A stretch of 38,222 nt of DNA from a bacterium. Lineage in GTDB: Bacteria; Patescibacteriota; Minisyncoccia; Minisyncoccales; GWA2-46-15. Shown here in pieces: positions 33,402-38,222 of the stretch. The translations under genes were made by a program, and so were the position numbers. Position 1 is the stretch's first letter. Each line of letters begins with the position of its first letter. Location: NCBI GenBank assembly GCA_030704795.1, contig JAUYCZ010000012.1, positions 1-38,222 on the forward strand. The letters are read 5' to 3'. A model generated the notes under the pieces. That model had not been told where the DNA came from. It saw only the letters and a list, made by a program, of their open reading frames with translations, and ran no database searches.

Positions 33402-33467
33402 TAACCGTAAAGGTGATAGTCACCAAACAATAGGTTGAGTGGAATAAGAGAAATAGGAAGAAAATTA

Positions 33468-33614
33468 ATGGCAAACAGAAAATATAATTTTACCGATTAC
33501 GATTTAGAATATAGGCGCTATTTGGAAAAAAGACGAGAAGAAAGAGATGGATTGGTAAAATGTCCACCAAGGGGTTTTCTCGACGACTGGCCGAATAGCG
33601 GTCAAATTGATTAG
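33468..33614 (+). CDS. 48-aa micro-ORF at the head of the island (not in ORF track)
   Basis: MANRKYNFTDYDLEYRRYLEKRREERDGLVKCPPRGFLDDWPNSGQID*. An AGGAAG lies 7 nt upstream, and the ORF ends 26 nt before the methyltransferase. Confidence 0.45.
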   Translation: MANRKYNFTDYDLEYRRYLEKRREERDGLVKCPPRGFLDDWPNSGQID

Positions 33615-33640
33615 TTGACGGGAAAGTAATTTCTAATCTA

Positions 33641-34276
33641 ATGAGTAAAAATTTTAACACAATTCAATATTGGAATAAAATTTACAGGAAGGAATCGACC
33701 GCTGGCGAAATAGTGAAAGATACTTATCATAGGAATTATAAAAATGTCTTTGACGAAATTCTGAAGATGATTCCTAATGGATCAAATGTGCTAGATGTTG
33801 CTTGCGGACCTGGAATTTTTTGCAGAGCGTTGAAAATTAGAAAACCGCAAACAAGAATTATGGGGATTGATTTTTCCGGTTTTATAATCAACCAGAACAA
33901 AAAAAGAGATAGGGGCTTGGGTATAAAGTATTTACAGGGCGATATCAGGAAAGAGTTGCCGATTGGGGGTAAATTCGATGTGATAGTAATGAGCGAAATA
34001 CTCGAACACCTTAAATATCCAGAAAAGATAGTTTTTAATATTATGAAATCCTTAAAGAGGGGCGGCTTATTCTTTATAAGCTGCCCTCATGATAAGGATG
34101 TGGTGCATTGGATGAAAAAGCATAAGACTTTGGGCGAACATATCAGAATATGGACCCACGACGATATTTTCCATTTGTTGGTAAAACATAGCGATAAAGT
34201 TATCTTTATCCAGCCGAAGCGGTTGCGTCCGGATTGGTATGAGTGGCACATCTTGGCCTATATAAAGAAATCATAA
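33641..34276 (+). CDS. Class I SAM-dependent methyltransferase
   Basis: VLDVACGPG, GIDFS, FDVIVMSEILEHL. Confidence 0.9.
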   Translation: MSKNFNTIQYWNKIYRKESTAGEIVKDTYHRNYKNVFDEILKMIPNGSNVLDVACGPGIFCRALKIRKPQTRIMGIDFSGFIINQNKKRDRGLGIKYLQGDIRKELPIGGKFDVIVMSEILEHLKYPEKIVFNIMKSLKRGGLFFISCPHDKDVVHWMKKHKTLGEHIRIWTHDDIFHLLVKHSDKVIFIQPKRLRPDWYEWHILAYIKKS

Positions 34277-34280
34277 TTCT

Positions 34281-35372
34281 ATGAAGAGCGCTTCTGTTAT
34301 AATTATTTCTTATAACAATTCGCATAACCTTGAAGAATGTTTAAGGAGTTTAATCGAGCAAGATTATGATCGAAGCCTCGCTGATGTCGAAATTATTGTT
34401 GTTGATAGTGGTTCGACAGATAATTCTGTTGAAATTCTGAAAAAGTATAGAGATAGAATAAAAGTAATCCCTAAGCCTATAAAGTTTTCTAGCTTCCATC
34501 ATCTAGCGCCGGCAATAGCAAGAAATATCGGGGCCCAAAACACAAACGGCGAGATTTTGGTTTTTACTGACGGAGATTGTATTCCTCCAAAAAGCTGGGT
34601 AAAAAGCATGTTTGAGTCTTTCGATGAATTCGATGTCGATTGCATAATCGGTAATAGAGAACCGGACGTCGGTCAAGGAATAGGGACATTCATTAAAAGA
34701 TATGATTTCATTCTTTATTCAGAGAAATTTTTAGTCAATGAAGCTTTCGTTTTCGATAAAGAAACCATAGAAAAAAACAAAAAATTCATGCCCTTGGCCG
34801 GCAATAATTTCGCCTTAAAGAAAACTGTCTGGAACGAAATCGGGGGCATGAAAGAGTGTTTTAAAAACCCCACCGGAGAAGATGTGATGCTGGAATCAGA
34901 GATAATAAAAAGAGGGTATAAAATCTTATTTAATCCTGGTATAAGGGTTGTTCACATCCACCCAATTTCTCTAAGGAAGATGATGGAAAAGGCTATCCAG
35001 CGCGGGGAAAGTAATTACTTACAAGGCAAGCACTCTAGAAATTTTATCAGCTGGAAGCTTTATGCCAAACGCGGCCATATGTTAAATCACGACGATTTTT
35101 TGAGAGGCATTCTAATAGGGATTATTATTTTGGGGTTTGCCATAAAATTCGGTTTTTCTTTCCAGTTAATTTCAATTATTCTTATAGGATTTTTTATTCT
35201 TTGGACAATAAAAAGATTATTTGATCTAGATAATCAGCTGTGCAGTCTTCGGAAGATAAAAGGAGATGCTTATAAGACAATGCTCAATCTTAACCTTTCT
35301 CAGAAACTTTTCTTTATTTACATCCACACATTTTTAAAAGACAATGTTTTCTCTCAAAAAACGCTTAATTAA
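34281..35372 (+). CDS. GT2-family glycosyltransferase with C-terminal TM helices
   Basis: SVIIISYN, VVDSGSTD, ARNIGA, FTDGDC, GED. Confidence 0.9.
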   Translation: MKSASVIIISYNNSHNLEECLRSLIEQDYDRSLADVEIIVVDSGSTDNSVEILKKYRDRIKVIPKPIKFSSFHHLAPAIARNIGAQNTNGEILVFTDGDCIPPKSWVKSMFESFDEFDVDCIIGNREPDVGQGIGTFIKRYDFILYSEKFLVNEAFVFDKETIEKNKKFMPLAGNNFALKKTVWNEIGGMKECFKNPTGEDVMLESEIIKRGYKILFNPGIRVVHIHPISLRKMMEKAIQRGESNYLQGKHSRNFISWKLYAKRGHMLNHDDFLRGILIGIIILGFAIKFGFSFQLISIILIGFFILWTIKRLFDLDNQLCSLRKIKGDAYKTMLNLNLSQKLFFIYIHTFLKDNVFSQKTLN

Positions 35373-36381
35373 AAAAGATAATAATTATTCTCGTTTCGAA
35401 AAATCGTTTAAGACAAAAACCGGGACCAGTTTTATTAATGGTAATCCTGATCGAATTTCCATTAATAAAAGCTGTAGTATAATTATTCCTTTCTACAAAA
35501 ACTACTCGTTTTTCAAGGAAAACTTAATCGCGTTGCAACGTCAAGAATTACCTAAGTCGAATGTAGAGATTATTGTCGTAAACGACGGATTTTCTGTCGA
35601 TTTAGACAGAATCATTGATAAAACGGCGAAGGTTTATCCAATAACTTATCTGAAGTTAAAAAAGAATTATGGAAGAGCCGCGGCTAGAAATTTAGGTTTA
35701 ATTTATGCCAAGAACGATATAGTCATTTTTTTAGACGAAGATATTGTTGCTCCGAAGGATTTTTTTTTAAACCATCTTATCAGACATAATTTCTGCGATA
35801 GTTGCGTTGTGGTTGGTTTAAGAGAAAACATAAGTATCAAAGATCTTTCTCATTGTAATCGACAACCGAACTTTAAAAAAGATTTCAGGTATAAAAAATT
35901 CATTCCGAATAATTGGAAGAATGTTTATAGAAATGTGCCCGAAGATCATTTTGGCAGATGGTGTTTTCCTATGAAAGAAAGTGATTATTTCAAAAAGTTT
36001 GGCAAGGAAAGGATTGTCGGTATTTGGACATTGCCCTGGATGTTTATTGCTTGTAACGTTAGCATCCCACGAAAAGATATTTTTAAGGTAGGTGGGTTTG
36101 ACACGAGGTTTAAGGGCTGGGGCATGGAAGATGTTCATCTTGGCGCCAAACTAATCGCCAGCGGCTTATATTTAGTTCCTAATTTGACGACTACGGTTTA
36201 TCACTTGATTCATGAGCTCTCTGTAGAAGAAACTAGGGACAGAGCCGAGGAATTTACGAGAAATCGTGAACTGTTTAACCAACTCAAAAAAGAGCCATTT
36301 ATTATTTTTAGCGAGGGAGAGTGGAAAAAGAAGGTTAAAAAACATTTTGCGAATAAATTTACAATAAAGTATTTTGAATAA
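35344..36381 (+). CDS. GT2-family glycosyltransferase with GT7-like C-terminal motif
   Basis: SIIIPFY, VVNDG, ARNLG, FLDED, GGFDTRFKGWGMED. Confidence 0.9.
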   Translation: MFSLKKRLIKKDNNYSRFEKSFKTKTGTSFINGNPDRISINKSCSIIIPFYKNYSFFKENLIALQRQELPKSNVEIIVVNDGFSVDLDRIIDKTAKVYPITYLKLKKNYGRAAARNLGLIYAKNDIVIFLDEDIVAPKDFFLNHLIRHNFCDSCVVVGLRENISIKDLSHCNRQPNFKKDFRYKKFIPNNWKNVYRNVPEDHFGRWCFPMKESDYFKKFGKERIVGIWTLPWMFIACNVSIPRKDIFKVGGFDTRFKGWGMEDVHLGAKLIASGLYLVPNLTTTVYHLIHELSVEETRDRAEEFTRNRELFNQLKKEPFIIFSEGEWKKKVKKHFANKFTIKYFE

Positions 36382-36416
36382 AAGAACGCTTAAAAAATAA
36401 CCTTGTTCTTCTAGGA

Positions 36417-36488
36417 TTGACTTTTTACAAAGAAGCTGTATAATTTTTACAGTTTTGGGTCAATGGATACGAATACGATTCGGGAGGT
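36417..36488 (+). promoter_or_regulatory. Near-consensus promoter plus strong Shine-Dalgarno
   Basis: TTGACT (36417-36422), N16, TATAAT (36439-36444). GGAGGT at 36483-36488 precedes ATG 36495. Confidence 0.65.
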
Positions 36489-36494
36489 GGAAAG

Positions 36495-37307
36495 ATGCTG
36501 TTACGAAAAGGACGACTCAATGAAGTTCATTTCATCGACCAGCGGATGGTCAAAAAGATAGGGGTCGTGAGAGAGGAAATCAGGCCGGCGCGCTTAGAAA
36601 TAGAGGCATGGGCGCTTTCGGTTGCTCACAAGAGCGGCCTGAATGTGCCGCAAGTGTTTGATTACTATCGCGACTTAGATGGAAGAGAAGTGCTTGTTCT
36701 CGAGAGGATTCATGGAATGCCATTCTCTCTTGGTAGTCTTAAGGGAGAGACGGTCTGTATGCGCGACGTCGGCGAGCAAATGAAGCTCTTGAGAAATGTT
36801 TCTTGCGGCTACGGATGGGTTGACCCACCATCTTTTGTCGGAAGATACAGAACATGGAAATCTTTCCTTGTTTCTTATACAGATTTCTATGGCAAGCGAT
36901 TGCTCGAGAATGGTATTTTCGAGCGCGACACCCTAAGAGATTTGTTGGAGGCAATTGAGAGATGTCCGTTTTCTCTGGAACAACCATATCTCGTCCATCG
37001 TGATCTCAAGCCAGGAAATCTGGTCAAAGATGATTCCGGCAAGATATGGATTATCGACTGGGAAAACGCCATGCTCGGCGACCCGCTCTACGACATAGCG
37101 ATCTTTGGCGTTCGTGAAGGCCATGGAGCGCCGTGGCAAAATCTAGTTTGCGGCTACGAAATAGACCCTCCCTCGCCGAAGTACCTTCTCTACGAAGTCG
37201 TTTGCCTAATCGGTATCATTGATTTCTATACAGAATACAAGCTCAGATACCTGAAAGGACAGCGACAGCTTTTTCAACTAATCCGCAACCTACAAAACCT
37301 TTCGTGA
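36495..37307 (+). CDS. Aminoglycoside phosphotransferase / choline-kinase-like (APH-fold) kinase
   Basis: VPQV, LVLERIHG, catalytic HRDLKPGNL, IIDWE, GDPLYDIA. Confidence 0.85.
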   Translation: MLLRKGRLNEVHFIDQRMVKKIGVVREEIRPARLEIEAWALSVAHKSGLNVPQVFDYYRDLDGREVLVLERIHGMPFSLGSLKGETVCMRDVGEQMKLLRNVSCGYGWVDPPSFVGRYRTWKSFLVSYTDFYGKRLLENGIFERDTLRDLLEAIERCPFSLEQPYLVHRDLKPGNLVKDDSGKIWIIDWENAMLGDPLYDIAIFGVREGHGAPWQNLVCGYEIDPPSPKYLLYEVVCLIGIIDFYTEYKLRYLKGQRQLFQLIRNLQNLS

Positions 37308-37352
37308 ATTCATCTTGCGAAAGGTTTTTGTTTTTGATACGCTTAAATCAAC

Positions 37353-37739
37353 ATGATTAGTCAACCAAATGTCGCAGTGAAAATTATTATCAAATGGAAA
37401 GACCGGATCCTGATAAGGAGGCATAAAAACGGCGCTTTTGACTTTCCCGGAGGAAGAATGGAATTCGGCGAGACGATTATAGGCGCCTTAAAAAGGGAAT
37501 TGAGAGAAGAACTTGATTATAATCTCACCAAAGAACCGCAATTTCTCGATGTTTACAACTACGTCTCTAGAAATAAAAAGCGCCATAGCGTCTTTTTAAA
37601 TTATTTCCTGCGTCTCTCTAAGAAACCGAAAATTGTTGCCAAAGAAAGCGCTAAAAATCTCTGGCTAACCAAAAAAGAATTAATCTCCAGAGAGATTGTC
37701 AAGGAAGGAAAGTTTTTGGATGAAATCTTTAGCCGTTAA
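37353..37739 (+). CDS. NUDIX hydrolase
   Basis: Nudix box FPGGRMEFGETIIGALKRELREEL. Confidence 0.92.
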   Translation: MISQPNVAVKIIIKWKDRILIRRHKNGAFDFPGGRMEFGETIIGALKRELREELDYNLTKEPQFLDVYNYVSRNKKRHSVFLNYFLRLSKKPKIVAKESAKNLWLTKKELISREIVKEGKFLDEIFSR

Positions 37740-37743
37740 AAAT

Positions 37744-38222
37744 TCAGTGAGGATTATGGAGGACGGGAGAGATATAAGGCAGTTCGATGTAAAAAGTACT
37801 GCCCTTATTTCTGCCTTCGCTTTCCGCCCAGACGCGGCCACGGTGCATCTCAACAAAACGCCGGGCAATATATAATCCCAGGCCGACCCCCTCGGTATAA
37901 GCTTTAGTTCCGACCGTTCCTCTCGAAAAACTTTCGAATATTTTGGTTAATTCCTCTTCGTTCATTCCCTCGCCCGTATCTCTTATCAGAATCCGGCATC
38001 TAGAATCTAGGATCTGAGCCTCAATCGCAATTCCTCCTTTTTGAGTGTATTTTATGGCGTTATCCACTAAATTTAAAATTGCCTGCCGCATTTTATCCTT
38101 GTCTAGCATAATTTTGGGTAGGGGCTCTGTTGGTTTTTCGAATTTTAGATAAAGCTTTTTCTTTTCGGCCGTAATCTTTAAGTCGTCAATCGCTCCCATA
38201 ATTATTTCTTCTATTGATGACT
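37744..38222 (-). CDS. Sensor histidine kinase, C-terminal part (5'-partial, start outside window)
   Basis: NLVDNAIKY, DTGEGM, GVGLGLYI, GSTFYIELP. The frame stays open from 38199 to the window edge. Confidence 0.92.
   Translation of the reverse strand, partial: SSIEEIIMGAIDDLKITAEKKKLYLKFEKPTEPLPKIMLDKDKMRQAILNLVDNAIKYTQKGGIAIEAQILDSRCRILIRDTGEGMNEEELTKIFESFSRGTVGTKAYTEGVGLGLYIARRFVEMHRGRVWAESEGRNKGSTFYIELPYISPVLHNPH
37778..38053. repeat. 276-bp direct repeat, copy 2 (within the intact kinase)
   Basis: See copy 1. Confidence 0.95.

Larger units (their letters stand above)
33402..37777. mobile_element. Candidate AT-rich genomic islet between the duplicated kinase 3' ends
   Basis: Bounded by the 276-bp direct repeat. 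All cargo is on the + strand, opposite the host gene, and is visibly AT-rich. No integrase is present. Confidence 0.6.

Noticed and set aside
33126-38053. Diversity-generating retroelement TR/VR pair
   Set aside because: The mismatches are not adenine-specific, are almost all synonymous, and there is no reverse transcriptase in the window.
1-38222. Alternative genetic code (UGA=Gly, code 25)
   Set aside because: Conserved genes are full length under code 11, and TGA ends genes at sensible positions (16503, 19599, 37307).

Overview
Window from a small-genome bacterium. The gene content and style suggest Patescibacteria/CPR (Parcubacteria-like); this is an inference. It uses genetic code 11 with TGA as stop. 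Left to right it contains: (i) a type IV pilus operon (pilB, pilC, two unusually large minor pilins and a PilX-like gene cut by the window edge), headed by a sensor kinase and a stand-alone receiver; (ii) tRNA-Pro(TGG), followed by a GIY-YIG gene bracketed by REP-like hairpins, a truncated XRE gene and two phosphatase-fold genes; (iii) an unannotated 28-aa, 7-Cys metallothionein-like ORF; (iv) a ~6.5 kb minus-strand operon that joins Cys/Met-rich metal/thiol-redox membrane proteins to a 2-oxoacid:ferredoxin oxidoreductase; (v) tRNA-Gly and a DUF2157/GDYXXLXY trio; (vi) a CsoR/RcnR-family operon with a visible operator, encoding YHS, DUF2892, CcdA, a SCO-like protein and CopA; (vii) core genes rny, clpP, hppA, nusA, cca and three more tRNAs; (viii) an AT-rich island (48-aa micro-ORF, methyltransferase, two GT2s, APH-type kinase, NUDIX) bounded by a 276-bp duplication of a histidine kinase 3' end. 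The strongest leads are a hairpin repeat family that starts exactly at two tRNA discriminator bases and flanks the GIY-YIG gene, several Cys-rich microproteins missed by the ORF track, and the kinase-targeted island. No CRISPR array, rRNA, integrase or transposase was seen. All family assignments come from motif recognition by eye, not database searches.
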